Assembly (NCBI GenBank): GCA_963668355.1
Contig: OY764265.1
Span: 512,001-576,000, forward strand
DNA from: Bdellovibrionota bacterium
Lineage (GTDB): Bacteria; Bdellovibrionota_G; JALEGL01; DATDPG01
Direction: 5' to 3'
Length of the DNA stretch: 64,000 nucleotides
How positions within the stretch are numbered: position 1 is the stretch's first letter; the number at the start of each line of letters is the position of its first letter. The notes under the pieces were generated by a model that worked only from the letters and a program-made list of their open reading frames with translations, was not told where the DNA came from and did no database searches. The position numbers and the translations under genes were made by a program. Positions 22,207-31,912 of this stretch are shown here, one piece after another.

Positions 22207-23070
22207 TCACGCTATCGTCGTCGTGAAGATGGCGTGACCCAACTCACGAACGTTCTCGCAGACCCTTTCTGCCAAAGCTCGGTCATCAAAAAGACCGAAC
22301 ACCGTCGCTCCACTTCCACTCATTTGAGCAGATTGAGCACCCTCCTCCAGCAGTCGTTGTCGAGCCTTCGCAATCTCAGGAAACATTTCTTCCACGACAA
22401 TTTGAAGATCGTTTCCCTTTCCAGTTCCTATTAACCGGTCGAGATCACTCCAGTTTTCAGGTCGCTGGAGAGCGGCGACGCAATTATCATTTACCCCCTC
22501 GTTAGTCAATCTCCGATCGTAGGCCGCGTAGGCTTCGGGCGTAGAAACCGGAAAACCAGGATTCAGCAAAACCACATTCCGGCGGGGCAGGTTTGGAAGA
22601 GGAAAAAGCTCCTCCCCAATGCCCTTGGCCAAGGCCAAAGGCGCGTCTTGCAGGAGAAAGGGAATATCTGCTCCCAGCCGCGTGGCCAATTCCTTGAGCC
22701 GAGACTCAGACATTCCAGGGAATTCTGCGTGAAGCAATTTGAACACGACCGCTGCATCGGAACTCCCTCCACCCAAGCCTCCTCCCAGAGGGATCTTTTT
22801 ATCAATGACGATGTGAATTTTCTTTTCGAGACCCAGCTCGTCACAAAACATCTTGGCCGCTCGACACGCCAGATTGTCTGAAGAATTTAATTCGGGACGA
22901 GCCGGAACCTCGGCTGTGATTTTCCAACCTTTGGAAATCTCCAATTGAACCCGATCCGCCAAATCCAATTTGAGCATGATCGTTTCCAAATCATGGTAGC
23001 CGTTGGGCCGAACCCCCGTAATCCGCAATGAAAGATTGATTTTGGCGTGTGCCTTTCCTTCTAATTTCAC
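22207..23070 (-). CDS. ispE: 4-diphosphocytidyl-2-C-methyl-D-erythritol kinase
   Basis: AKINLSL, GYHDLET, IPLGGGLGGGSSDAA, MSGSG. Confidence 0.96.
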   Translation of the reverse strand: MKLEGKAHAKINLSLRITGVRPNGYHDLETIMLKLDLADRVQLEISKGWKITAEVPARPELNSSDNLACRAAKMFCDELGLEKKIHIVIDKKIPLGGGLGGGSSDAAVVFKLLHAEFPGMSESRLKELATRLGADIPFLLQDAPLALAKGIGEELFPLPNLPRRNVVLLNPGFPVSTPEAYAAYDRRLTNEGVNDNCVAALQRPENWSDLDRLIGTGKGNDLQIVVEEMFPEIAKARQRLLEEGAQSAQMSGSGATVFGLFDDRALAERVCENVRELGHAIFTTTIA

Positions 23071-23148
23071 CGCTTCCAGCTACCAAAGCCCCCTTGAAAG
23101 CTCAAGCTCTGATTGCCTCGACCCAATAAATAGAGTAATCAAATGGCC

Positions 23149-23895
23149 ATGTCTGGTCATTCCAAATGGAGCACAATTAAACGGAAAAAAGGCGCCGCAG
23201 ATGCCAAGCGGGGCAAAATCTTTACGAAGCTCATCCGAGAAATTGCCGTAGCAGCAAAAATGGGCGGAGGAGATCCTTCTTCCAATCCTAGGTTAAGAAC
23301 GGCCGTTGCTGCCGCCAAAGCGCAGAACATGCCCAAGGACAATGTGGAGCGGGCCATCAAAAAAGGAACGGGAGAGCTCGAGGGTGTCACGTATGAAGAG
23401 GTAACCTACGAGGCCTATGGTCCAGGAGGGGTCGCCATGCTTGTGGACTGCATGACAGACAACAAACAACGAACCGTATCGGAAGTTCGTCACATCGTGA
23501 CCAAACACAATGGAAACCTCGGAGAAGTCGGATCGGTGGCCTGGAATTTTGACTTAAAAGGGTACTTGGTCATCGAAAAAGAGCAGGTCAGCGAAGAAGA
23601 CTTGATGGAGTGGGCACTTGAGGCCGGAGCCGAAGACATCAAAGATACGGGGTCCGCGTTTGAAGTCTTCACCGCTCCCGGGGAATTCGACAATGTTCGA
23701 GGCGCGTTGGAGGACAAGGGCCTGAATTTTGGTTTGGCTCAAATTTCGAAACTGGCAAAAAATACCGTCCAGTTAGAAGGCAAAGAAGCCGAACAAATGA
23801 TAAAGTTGGTGGAGGCCTTGGAAGACCTTGATGATGTCCAGAATGTCTACTCCAACTCAGATATCTCCGAAGAAGTACTTGAAAAGCTCGCATAA
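23149..23895 (+). CDS. yebC: YebC/PmpR family protein
   Basis: [26 protein letters not shown]. Confidence 0.96.
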   Translation: MSGHSKWSTIKRKKGAADAKRGKIFTKLIREIAVAAKMGGGDPSSNPRLRTAVAAAKAQNMPKDNVERAIKKGTGELEGVTYEEVTYEAYGPGGVAMLVDCMTDNKQRTVSEVRHIVTKHNGNLGEVGSVAWNFDLKGYLVIEKEQVSEEDLMEWALEAGAEDIKDTGSAFEVFTAPGEFDNVRGALEDKGLNFGLAQISKLAKNTVQLEGKEAEQMIKLVEALEDLDDVQNVYSNSDISEEVLEKLA

Positions 23896-24430
23896 TACGA
23901 CCCGACGAATTCTGGGCATTGATCCCGGAAGTCGAATCACTGGTTTTGGTGTCATCACCCAAAAAGGAAACGAGCTGGTCCATCTCCACAGTGGATGCAT
24001 TCGCCTGAAAGAAAAGGCCCCACTCGACCAACGATTGTTTCAACTTCATGAGGAATTGAACCTCATCATCGAGTCCACACAGCCAGACATCATGGCCTTG
24101 GAAAGTATTTTCTATGCCAAAAATGTTCGTTCCACCGTGGCTCTCGCTCATGCACGAGGCGTAATCATGTTGGCTGCGGCTCAAGCAGGATTGGAGGTGG
24201 TTCAATACGCTCCGACCGACGTCAAGCAATCTGTGGTGGGTTCGGGACGAGCCACCAAGGAACAAGTCATGACCATGATTTGTCATCTGTTTCGAATCCC
24301 CTTGGATGTCAAAAATCAACCCTATGACGTGAGCGATGCGCTCGCCGTTGCACTCACCCATTTAAACGTTGAATCGACACAACGAAGAATCACTCAATCC
24401 ATTTCTCCAGAACAGGTGGCAGAAGCATGA
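23879..24430 (+). CDS. ruvC: Holliday junction resolvase (start uncertain; TTG 23879 assumed)
   Basis: ILGIDPG, ALE, ARGV, DALAVA. Confidence 0.93.
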   Translation: MKSSHNTTRRILGIDPGSRITGFGVITQKGNELVHLHSGCIRLKEKAPLDQRLFQLHEELNLIIESTQPDIMALESIFYAKNVRSTVALAHARGVIMLAAAQAGLEVVQYAPTDVKQSVVGSGRATKEQVMTMICHLFRIPLDVKNQPYDVSDALAVALTHLNVESTQRRITQSISPEQVAEA

Positions 24431-25020
24431 TTGGCTGGCTTTCCGGAACACTTCTTTTTAAAGCTTCCGACACGATCATGATCGATGTTAAAGGCGTCGG
24501 TTATGAGGTGCATACACCTGCCTCCCTCGAAAATTCTTTGGGAAGTGTGGGTTCATCTGTGGAATTGTTCATTCACACGCATGTACGCGAAAACGAAATC
24601 TCGCTGTTTGGATTTCCAACCCTAGAGGATCGGCAAGTTTTCCTTCACTTGACAGCGGTCTCGGGGATCGGGCCCAAAACGGCTTTGGGCGTTCTTTCAG
24701 CACTTCCATCGGGAAGACTGGTTCAAGCTATTCGTCAAAAAGATGTCGCGGCTCTCCAACAAGCTCCCGGAGTTGGAAAACGAACGGCAGAACGCATGGT
24801 CATCGAGCTGGGAGATCGTCTCAAAGAATTTTCTTCTTCGAACGCGGCCGAATTTTCATCCATTCCCGAAGGATCTCAAGGTGAAGAGCTCCTCTCTGCC
24901 CTCGTCAACCTTGGGTACAAGAAACCTTTGGCTGAATCGGCAGTCACACGAATCGATCTTTCGAAATTCGACACCTTTGATAGCATGCTGAAAGAAGCCT
25001 TGAGGTCATTGGCAAAATAA
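24427..25020 (+). CDS. ruvA: Holliday junction branch migration protein A
   Basis: GVGYEV, LFGF, HhH motifs GIGPK and GVGKR, ALVNLGY. Confidence 0.96.
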   Translation: MIGWLSGTLLFKASDTIMIDVKGVGYEVHTPASLENSLGSVGSSVELFIHTHVRENEISLFGFPTLEDRQVFLHLTAVSGIGPKTALGVLSALPSGRLVQAIRQKDVAALQQAPGVGKRTAERMVIELGDRLKEFSSSNAAEFSSIPEGSQGEELLSALVNLGYKKPLAESAVTRIDLSKFDTFDSMLKEALRSLAK

Positions 25021-25022
25021 TC

Positions 25023-26048
25023 ATGAATAAAGATGTTCAAAGAGAAATGTCCCCCGCTCCTCTGGAAACAGATAAAACTCCGGAGGTTGGCCTCCGACCC
25101 AGACAGTTGGCGGACTATATTGGACAAAAAAATGTCATCGAGAAATTGAAGATTTTTTTGGAAGCTTCCTCCCAACGACGAGAAGCCATGGACCATCTTC
25201 TCTTTTGTGGCCCTCCCGGCCTGGGAAAAACCACCCTCGCACATATCATTGCGGGAGAGTTGGGAGTCACGTTGAAATCTACCTCCGGACCCGTCATTGA
25301 TAAGGCCGGAGATTTAGCCGCCATCTTGACCAATCTGGAACCCCGGGATGTTCTCTTCATTGATGAAATTCATCGATTGAATCGTGTTGTGGAGGAAATC
25401 CTTTATCAAGCCATGGAAGATTTCAAACTCGACATCATGATTGGACAAGGCCCCGGAGCCCGCACCGTGAAAATTGATTTGGCCCCCTTCACACTGATTG
25501 GTGCCACCACGCGAACAGGACTGCTGACTTCTCCGCTCAGAGATCGATTTGGCGTCGTGGAGCGTCTTGAGTTTTACGAAACCCACGAACTCGTCCAAAT
25601 TGTCAAACGCTCCTCAAGCATTTTGAAGATCCCCCTTGAAACACAAGCCGCTCAGGAAATCGCTCGGCGATCACGTGGAACGCCTCGGATTGCGAACCGC
25701 CTACTTAAACGCGTAAGAGACTATGCTCAGGTCAAAGCGGAAGGCCACATCAATCTGAAAGCCGCACAAGAAGGTTTAAGCATCATGCAAGTCGACAACG
25801 AAGGATTCGACTCCATGGATCGAAAGATTCTGACCACCATTATTGAAAAGTACGATGGCGGCCCCGTGGGATTGGATACCATTGCTTCTTCCATCGGTGA
25901 AGATGCCCACACGCTCGAAGAAGTCTATGAACCCTTCCTTCTCCAACGAGGATTCATCAACCGAACCCCGAGAGGTCGCGTGACCACGAGGTTGGCTTAT
26001 CAACACCTGAACCTCATGCCCAAAGCCTCCCAAGACGCCTTGATCTGA
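25023..26048 (+). CDS. ruvB: Holliday junction branch migration ATPase
   Basis: [35 protein letters not shown]. Confidence 0.98.
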   Translation: MNKDVQREMSPAPLETDKTPEVGLRPRQLADYIGQKNVIEKLKIFLEASSQRREAMDHLLFCGPPGLGKTTLAHIIAGELGVTLKSTSGPVIDKAGDLAAILTNLEPRDVLFIDEIHRLNRVVEEILYQAMEDFKLDIMIGQGPGARTVKIDLAPFTLIGATTRTGLLTSPLRDRFGVVERLEFYETHELVQIVKRSSSILKIPLETQAAQEIARRSRGTPRIANRLLKRVRDYAQVKAEGHINLKAAQEGLSIMQVDNEGFDSMDRKILTTIIEKYDGGPVGLDTIASSIGEDAHTLEEVYEPFLLQRGFINRTPRGRVTTRLAYQHLNLMPKASQDALI

Positions 26049-26058
26049 GTTTTAAAAA

Positions 26059-26724
26059 CTAAGCTTTTTGATGTCTTGGCAGAAAAAATGAAACAAGAAG
26101 AAAGCCGGCGATGAAGCCTCCGATATGCGCCCACCAAGCCACCTGCCCTCCCATGCTTGAATACAGAAGTTGCATGAGAAACCAGAGCCCCAAAAAGAGC
26201 GCTGCAGGAATTCGAACGGTGGTGATGAAAATAAAAATCGGAATCAACGTCAATATGCGGTGACGGGGAAACAATAAAAAATAAGCTCCCAAAACGCCCG
26301 CAATAGCTCCACTAGCTCCTACGAGAGGAATCGTCGATGAAGGATCCATAATGGTGTGGGCCAAAACGGCGGCCACTCCGGTGGCCAGATAAAAGAGGAT
26401 AAAACGGAAATGACCCAACCGAATTTCCACATTGTCCCCAAAAATCCACAAGAACCACATATTGAAAATGAGATGAAAAAAACCGCCATGCATGAACATG
26501 GACGAAAACACACTCATAAACGGAAGGCCCACTCTGCCGGGTAAAATCGTTTCCACTCGGCCCACCAGCTCCGCCGGAATGAGTCCGTAGGCCAATACAT
26601 AATGGTCAAAATTTTCGGGGCCCATAAATGCCTGGTAAATAAACACAAACACATTCGCGAGAATAATGAGAAGAACAACGTATGCGAACCCCGTGTAGGG
26701 ATTTTCATCTCTTAAAGGAATCAT
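26059..26724 (-). CDS. Rhomboid family intramembrane serine protease
   Basis: MFMHGG..HLIFNM, GASG, AHIGG. Confidence 0.93.
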   Translation of the reverse strand: MIPLRDENPYTGFAYVVLLIILANVFVFIYQAFMGPENFDHYVLAYGLIPAELVGRVETILPGRVGLPFMSVFSSMFMHGGFFHLIFNMWFLWIFGDNVEIRLGHFRFILFYLATGVAAVLAHTIMDPSSTIPLVGASGAIAGVLGAYFLLFPRHRILTLIPIFIFITTVRIPAALFLGLWFLMQLLYSSMGGQVAWWAHIGGFIAGFLLVSFFLPRHQKA

Positions 26725-27770
26725 TTTTCAATCGAAGAGGTTGAGAAAATGTGAATGCGGCGGTTCATTTCCCGACTTCGCTCATTGATGTTGGGAAGTT
26801 TGGGCTTACTACCACCGAAACCAACGGCATTGATTCGATTTTTGGAAACACCCAATTTAACCAGGTACCGTCCCAAAATTTCAGCTCTTCGTTTTGACAA
26901 AGCCAAATCTTTTCCGATGTCTTGGCTGGCATCTAAATGAGACCCAATCGTGATTCTACGTGGTGCCCTCTTATCGCGAAGCACCCTACCCAATTTTCTT
27001 AATTTAGGAATGGCCTCCTTGGACAAACGAGTGGAACGTCCTTCAAAAATGGAAGCGTCCCAAAGCAAACCTTCACGACGGTTGAGATTTCGCAACATCC
27101 GTATTTCATCCGAACCCAAGGGTTCCGAAAGATCCGTTTTGGGGGAAGGCGTAGGAGCCTTCTTGGCCACCTCAGGAGTTTTTACTTTTCCGGGAGGCGT
27201 CCAACAGCCACGATGTCCTACGTAATGTCGATCTCCTGAGTCAGCCAACAACACCTGAACCATTTCAGCCGCTCGATCGCTCACAATGCCAATATAGGCG
27301 TCAAGGGAGACCTCTTCCTTCGAACCGTAACTCCATCGAATGGCACCCGATTTCACATCCAGCAGATACGCATCGATGTTCATATGAGCCCGTTTTTCTT
27401 CTCCACGATAAACGGGAATTTGTGTAATGGATCCGAAAAGCACCGCATCCACATTCAATTTATTTCCAACTTCCTTAGCCCAATAGGGATCCACAACGGG
27501 AGGGAGGGGTTCATTGGCTTGTTTAAACAATTCAATCAATTCCAAAGGACCTAAAACACCGTGAGCCCCTTGTTTATATAAATCCAAAGCCACAAACTCA
27601 GAGAGCATCTCCCGAGGAGAATCCATGTCGTAACGGATTTCGAATGGCATCACCGCAATGCATTCAACTTGGCGTGGCAAAGAACCAATGGAAAATCGAG
27701 AGCCTGCGCACGAAGTCAGAGCCAGACAAACAAAAACAGCCACTATCCGAAAAGCGTTTTGGAGCATCAA
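26721..27770 (-). CDS. Lipoprotein with TolB-N/CsgG-like domain and C-terminal OmpA-like peptidoglycan-binding domain
   Basis: Lipobox LTSC; IAVMPF, DAVLFG; SHLD..LSKRRA..GFG..P..NRRI. Confidence 0.7.
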   Translation of the reverse strand: MMLQNAFRIVAVFVCLALTSCAGSRFSIGSLPRQVECIAVMPFEIRYDMDSPREMLSEFVALDLYKQGAHGVLGPLELIELFKQANEPLPPVVDPYWAKEVGNKLNVDAVLFGSITQIPVYRGEEKRAHMNIDAYLLDVKSGAIRWSYGSKEEVSLDAYIGIVSDRAAEMVQVLLADSGDRHYVGHRGCWTPPGKVKTPEVAKKAPTPSPKTDLSEPLGSDEIRMLRNLNRREGLLWDASIFEGRSTRLSKEAIPKLRKLGRVLRDKRAPRRITIGSHLDASQDIGKDLALSKRRAEILGRYLVKLGVSKNRINAVGFGGSKPKLPNINERSREMNRRIHIFSTSSIEK

Positions 27771-29668
27771 TTGCCCATTGTACGCAATATTCGTCGAACT
27801 TCATTAATTCGAGGTCGGGTTTTTTCATTGACGTCAACCACCGCCAAATAAGCCTGATACGAACGTTTGGCCTTTTCCTTTTCGTCTTGCAATAGAAAAA
27901 TGGTTCCCAAAGCAAGGTAAGGTTTGGGATTGGCTGGATCAAGCTTCTTGACCTTTTCATAATACCGAATGGCCCGAGCGGTCTCATCCAGCTCAAAATA
28001 GAGATCGGCCATTTCCAATAACACTTCCACATGTTTCCAATTTAACGCATACGCGTTCTCATAGCTTTTCAAAGCGTCCTGCAACAACCCCTTCTCTTTC
28101 TTTTTCCGGGCCGAGCGAAGGTGATCTTCAAATCCTTTTGATTTCGCCGCTACGCGAGGGGTTTCAGTCGCTTTCGGAATCACATTTTCTTTGGGTAAGG
28201 CGATTTTGGGTAAAGCCTTCTCCGTCGGAACCGGAGTTGGTTGTTTTTTCGCTATTGGAATTTCTTCAGGCTCCAGAGGAATGGGAGAAATTACGACCAA
28301 ATCAGAGTCCAAAGCGACCGACTTCTGTGGAAGCATATGTCGTTGATCGCTCTGAGCATTCCGACTGCTTCGCGTGTCAAAAAAAGTAAACAGGGTCAAA
28401 AACACTGCGATGGCCACAACCATCGAAGCCGCGCCCATGACATAAGGCATTCTCGACGGAGGAGGCTCCACCAAATTGGTCGAAGGGGGTAATTCATTTT
28501 TTGGAGTGGAAACATCTTTTTTCTCAAATAGTTCCTCCAAAACTTCTTTTTTTTCATTCTTCTTTGGAAAGATTTCGGGAGGAGGACATTTCCCTGTCTC
28601 AAAAGCGAGAAAGCCCAGCAGTCGAAACGAATACAAAAGCCCAAGACTTTCTCGTCGACTGTAGGAATTTAAGTTTAACAATTCACCAATGGGTCTTCCT
28701 TCTCCAACAAGCTCCAGGAAATCCTGCTCATTTTTCCCCAAATGAACTCGCTTTTTAAGTTGCTCGAGAGGAAGGGCCAAAGAAACACGAGAATCGAAGG
28801 GTTCAAAATATTTGGCCAACTGATCTTCGCTGAAGCGATAGCGAACTCCCTCCAGGAGCAAAGGGCCAACTCCTGCTCGCGCAATGGCATTTTCTGGATC
28901 CAAAGGCTCTTCTACGAGAACGTAAAACTCGCCCTCGGTCCAATCAAATACGTTGAGAACAATGTGTTTGATTTGTCCCTGCAACAAGGTCTGCAATAAT
29001 TGAGGTTTCAGATAACCCGAATCAACCAAAATTCTTCCCAAGCGCTTCTTGGAGGTTCGCAAGGTCTTCAATGACTCGTCCAACTGGTCCCTCTGAATGA
29101 CATTTTGAGAAATTAAGAATTCTCCAAAGCGATGGGCATTTTGATTGGAAGACGCAAAAACGATGTATCCATGTTCAAAGTAGATGACACACTTTTCTTC
29201 GCCCTTCTCCATCACAACGGCCCCACTGAATCTAAAACGAGCTGCCTGACAGAGCATTTTAGGAATCGAGTGAATGGCACCCTTTTTCACTTTTTGGGAA
29301 CGCAAAGATAGGGTTTCATCGACGAACTCGGCGATCATTTCAGGTTCGACATCTTGACTGAAGTACTGGTCCAAAACAGATGTGAGTAAAGAGCGATCGG
29401 AAGGAACCGAACGATGACCAATGACCACTACCGGCGTGGTCGCACCAAAAGGGTTTCGAGACAAATGCCGGGCTAAATCCCGCTGTTTCAAACCAGATTC
29501 GTCATCCTCACAGATTAAAGAAGAGAAGAATTCGTTTTCGAGACGAAATGAAACCTCTCGAGCCTCTTTCACGCGCAGGGTTTTGAATCCCTGAGAAATC
29601 AGAGCTTCCTCCAATTTCACAAAATAAGGATCCGGCCCCCCGGCCAATATGAGGACATTTTTCTTCAT
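27767..29668 (-). CDS. Degenerate receiver + DUF4388-like + TM + TPR protein
   Basis: Receiver-like N-terminus lacking the acidic pocket; IYFEHG.IVFA, RFGEFL, RLGRILV, FDWTEGEF; TM MGAASMVVAIAVFLTLF; C-terminal TPRs. Confidence 0.72.
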   Translation of the reverse strand: MKKNVLILAGGPDPYFVKLEEALISQGFKTLRVKEAREVSFRLENEFFSSLICEDDESGLKQRDLARHLSRNPFGATTPVVVIGHRSVPSDRSLLTSVLDQYFSQDVEPEMIAEFVDETLSLRSQKVKKGAIHSIPKMLCQAARFRFSGAVVMEKGEEKCVIYFEHGYIVFASSNQNAHRFGEFLISQNVIQRDQLDESLKTLRTSKKRLGRILVDSGYLKPQLLQTLLQGQIKHIVLNVFDWTEGEFYVLVEEPLDPENAIARAGVGPLLLEGVRYRFSEDQLAKYFEPFDSRVSLALPLEQLKKRVHLGKNEQDFLELVGEGRPIGELLNLNSYSRRESLGLLYSFRLLGFLAFETGKCPPPEIFPKKNEKKEVLEELFEKKDVSTPKNELPPSTNLVEPPPSRMPYVMGAASMVVAIAVFLTLFTFFDTRSSRNAQSDQRHMLPQKSVALDSDLVVISPIPLEPEEIPIAKKQPTPVPTEKALPKIALPKENVIPKATETPRVAAKSKGFEDHLRSARKKKEKGLLQDALKSYENAYALNWKHVEVLLEMADLYFELDETARAIRYYEKVKKLDPANPKPYLALGTIFLLQDEKEKAKRSYQAYLAVVDVNEKTRPRINEVRRILRTMGN

Positions 29669-29686
29669 GCGATGACTGAACCATTA

Positions 29687-29715
29687 ATTATCTCAAAGAG
29701 TTATCTTTGATTCAA
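29687..29715 (-). promoter_or_regulatory. sigma70-like promoter with palindromic operator in the spacer
   Basis: TTGAAT-N17-GATAAT; spacer contains TCAAAGA-N4-TCTTTGA. Confidence 0.5.
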
Positions 29716-29723
29716 TGGACAGA

Positions 29724-30614
29724 TTAACGCTTGAAGGAAGTAAGCTTTTGACGCGCCTTTTCTTTGTATGGGTGTCCTGTGGGGGCCATGGCAAAAGCGT
29801 CCCGATATCGCCTAAGGGCCGCCCGCCGATTGGTTCCCTCCATGACATACCCTTCTAAATAGGTCTTCTCTGCCCTTTCGCCCAATTCCTCCAAAACAGC
29901 CTGGGCTCGTGCGTGAAGTTGTTTGGACGAGGCTTTTTCACATTCCCTCACGGCAATTTTCCATTTTTTTCGTCTTCGAGCTGCTCCACATTTCGCATAA
30001 GCCAGCTCGGCCTCCAGTTCCCATAATTCGCGAGGAGTTTTTCCTGCATGAGCCTTTGAGACTTTTTGCATCATGCGCTCGACTTTTTCAAAGTCTCCCT
30101 TCAGAAACACTTTCTGAATTCGTTGTTGTATTTTTTTCAAGCTCTTCGAGGACATCTTGGATTCTTTTTTGCTTTTTTGCGTACGTTTTCTTTTGGGATG
30201 GACTTTCTTTTTGCTTTTCACCAATTTCTTCGACGGAGGTTCTTTCCGAGGTTGAACTTCACGTGTGAACTTCTCCGGTATTTTGAGCTTTGGAGATTCT
30301 GTCGGAGTAGGAGTGATCTTCCCTTCGTTTTTCGTCTGGGACAAAGACGGAACAGTTTTTGATTTTGCGTGCGAAACTTGATTCCTTTGAAAGGAAGAGG
30401 CCACGACTAAACAAAACGGTAAGACCATCATTCCCAGAATGATCCCCCGATACCGCACTTTACGAGGCAATTTTACTTTTCGATCTTTGGCGTCACGATA
30501 TAAGACCCCTCCATCCGGGAGAAAGAAGCGCGCCTTCGAAAGAAGAGCATCTGAATATTTCTCCCGCACGAGCTTTTCCTGATTGGACTCTTCGATAAAA
30601 AACCACCCCATCAT
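29724..30614 (-). CDS. Bitopic membrane protein with Lys/Pro-rich stalk and TPR-like helical C-terminus
   Basis: TM IILGMMVLPFCLVVA; C-terminal KTYLEGYVME..AALRRY; overlaps the stop of the upstream gene. Confidence 0.55.
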   Translation of the reverse strand: MMGWFFIEESNQEKLVREKYSDALLSKARFFLPDGGVLYRDAKDRKVKLPRKVRYRGIILGMMVLPFCLVVASSFQRNQVSHAKSKTVPSLSQTKNEGKITPTPTESPKLKIPEKFTREVQPRKEPPSKKLVKSKKKVHPKRKRTQKSKKESKMSSKSLKKIQQRIQKVFLKGDFEKVERMMQKVSKAHAGKTPRELWELEAELAYAKCGAARRRKKWKIAVRECEKASSKQLHARAQAVLEELGERAEKTYLEGYVMEGTNRRAALRRYRDAFAMAPTGHPYKEKARQKLTSFKR

Positions 30615-31711
30615 TTGAGACTCCTGATTCTATATAGAGCCGCCTGCACCTCGCGCCTTCGGGGGTCAGTGGGCTCGATGAGCTCCTGTAAAAGCTGTTC
30701 GTACGTATGCACGGCATAGCTTCTTTTTCCCAAACTGAGAGCCGCCCGAGCTTCGGACATCAGTTGTTCAAACATGGTCTCTTCGGCTTCTTCAATTTTC
30801 TTTTGAAGCCGGATCACCTCCTCCGGGATTTTTGTTTCTCTCATTCTCCAAAGCGCCAGGCTTTTTTGAATCGTTTGTCTGGAACGAACGAGTTCCCCCG
30901 GATGAAAGCTTCGTTGCCCAAACATTTTTTGGGCACTTCGAAAAAGTTGCTCGGGACTATCTTCATAGGTTGTCCCCCTTCGCGCTTGATTCAAATATAC
31001 ATTTCGAACGCCCCAACGCGTCTCACCCTCCAAAAGCCCTTGGTCTTTAATCGAAATTTGGTTGGTCCCATTTTTTAGAAAACGCGTCGGAATGAAATGC
31101 CTTTCCTCTCGTCCCCAACTCTTGGACGGACAAGGGTCCAAAAACGCCATTGACGTTCCATTTACTTCCAACTGCACTTGAGTATCTCGGGAGATTCCAC
31201 CTGGGGTGATATGCAGTTCAAGAGGCTCAAGCGAGTTCTGTGTCCATTGAAACTGGATCTGAAACGACTCGCTTCTGGGAAGTCCTTTGATTCTCTTGAA
31301 TTCGCCACGCGCGGGTAAGCGTTGTGGGGCAACATCTGTTTTTCGAACCGCAGATGACGAAAGCACAGGGCGAGAATGGAAAGTCATCCAGAAAACGGAG
31401 GAGCAAAGAGACAACCCTAGAAACGCCACCGCGAATCTCAGAAGCGAAGACCAGCGAACTCGCAAAAAATATGGGCCTGTTTTTACCCACTCTTTTCTTA
31501 AGCGAACTTTCTCCCCGCCCGTATGGGGCAACCAAAAAACATTCCATCCTTGGCGTTCCACCACTCCGGCGAACAAAGGAACCTGAGGATGAAGAAGCAA
31601 TATCTGGTTCTTTAAGCTTCTCCCGACTCGAAAACGCTTCTGAGGCATCGGGATCACATACGACTGTTCGGACCCATTCAATGACGTAACGATTTCCAAT
31701 TCAAATGGCAC
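30611..31711 (-). CDS. Degenerate FHA domain + TM + periplasmic beta and helical domains
   Basis: RVGRSLKNQILL.HPQV resembles FHA GR...N; TM FAVAFLGLSLCSSVFW; GTG 31711 chosen from the position of the sigma54 site. Confidence 0.55.
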   Translation of the reverse strand: MPFELEIVTSLNGSEQSYVIPMPQKRFRVGRSLKNQILLLHPQVPLFAGVVERQGWNVFWLPHTGGEKVRLRKEWVKTGPYFLRVRWSSLLRFAVAFLGLSLCSSVFWMTFHSRPVLSSSAVRKTDVAPQRLPARGEFKRIKGLPRSESFQIQFQWTQNSLEPLELHITPGGISRDTQVQLEVNGTSMAFLDPCPSKSWGREERHFIPTRFLKNGTNQISIKDQGLLEGETRWGVRNVYLNQARRGTTYEDSPEQLFRSAQKMFGQRSFHPGELVRSRQTIQKSLALWRMRETKIPEEVIRLQKKIEEAEETMFEQLMSEARAALSLGKRSYAVHTYEQLLQELIEPTDPRRREVQAALYRIRSLK

Positions 31712-31723
31712 GTCCTTGAAAAT

Positions 31724-31739
31724 TGCAAAAGAGAGACCA
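31724..31739 (-). promoter_or_regulatory. sigma54 -24/-12 promoter
   Basis: Minus strand TGGTCTCTCTTTTGCA (GG-N10-GC) with an A-rich tract upstream. Confidence 0.65.
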
Positions 31740-31866
31740 AGCCCAAAAGCAACGCAAGGACTTGTTTTTATTCTGTTTTTTATTTTCCTCCAAAAGTCCA
31801 CCGTCCGGAAATCGGACGGAGGATTCGGAATCCGCACACGCCGGCTTTCTTTCTTAGAAATCTTCC

Positions 31867-31896
31867 AAAAAAAAGGGCCCCAAGGGGCCCTTTTTT
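31867..31896. terminator. Bidirectional intrinsic terminator after ompA-like gene
   Basis: A8-GGGCCCC-AA-GGGGCCC-T6. Confidence 0.85.
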
Positions 31897-31912
31897 GTTT
31901 CGTTCATTCGGG

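Noticed and set aside
29668..29683. GG-N10-GC motif TGGTTCAGTCATCGCA (minus strand)
   Set aside because: The GC abuts the start codon, so transcription would begin inside the gene; poor -12 match
31712..31837. Upstream extension of the FHA-like ORF
   Set aside because: Spans the sigma54 motif and an A-rich promoter tract
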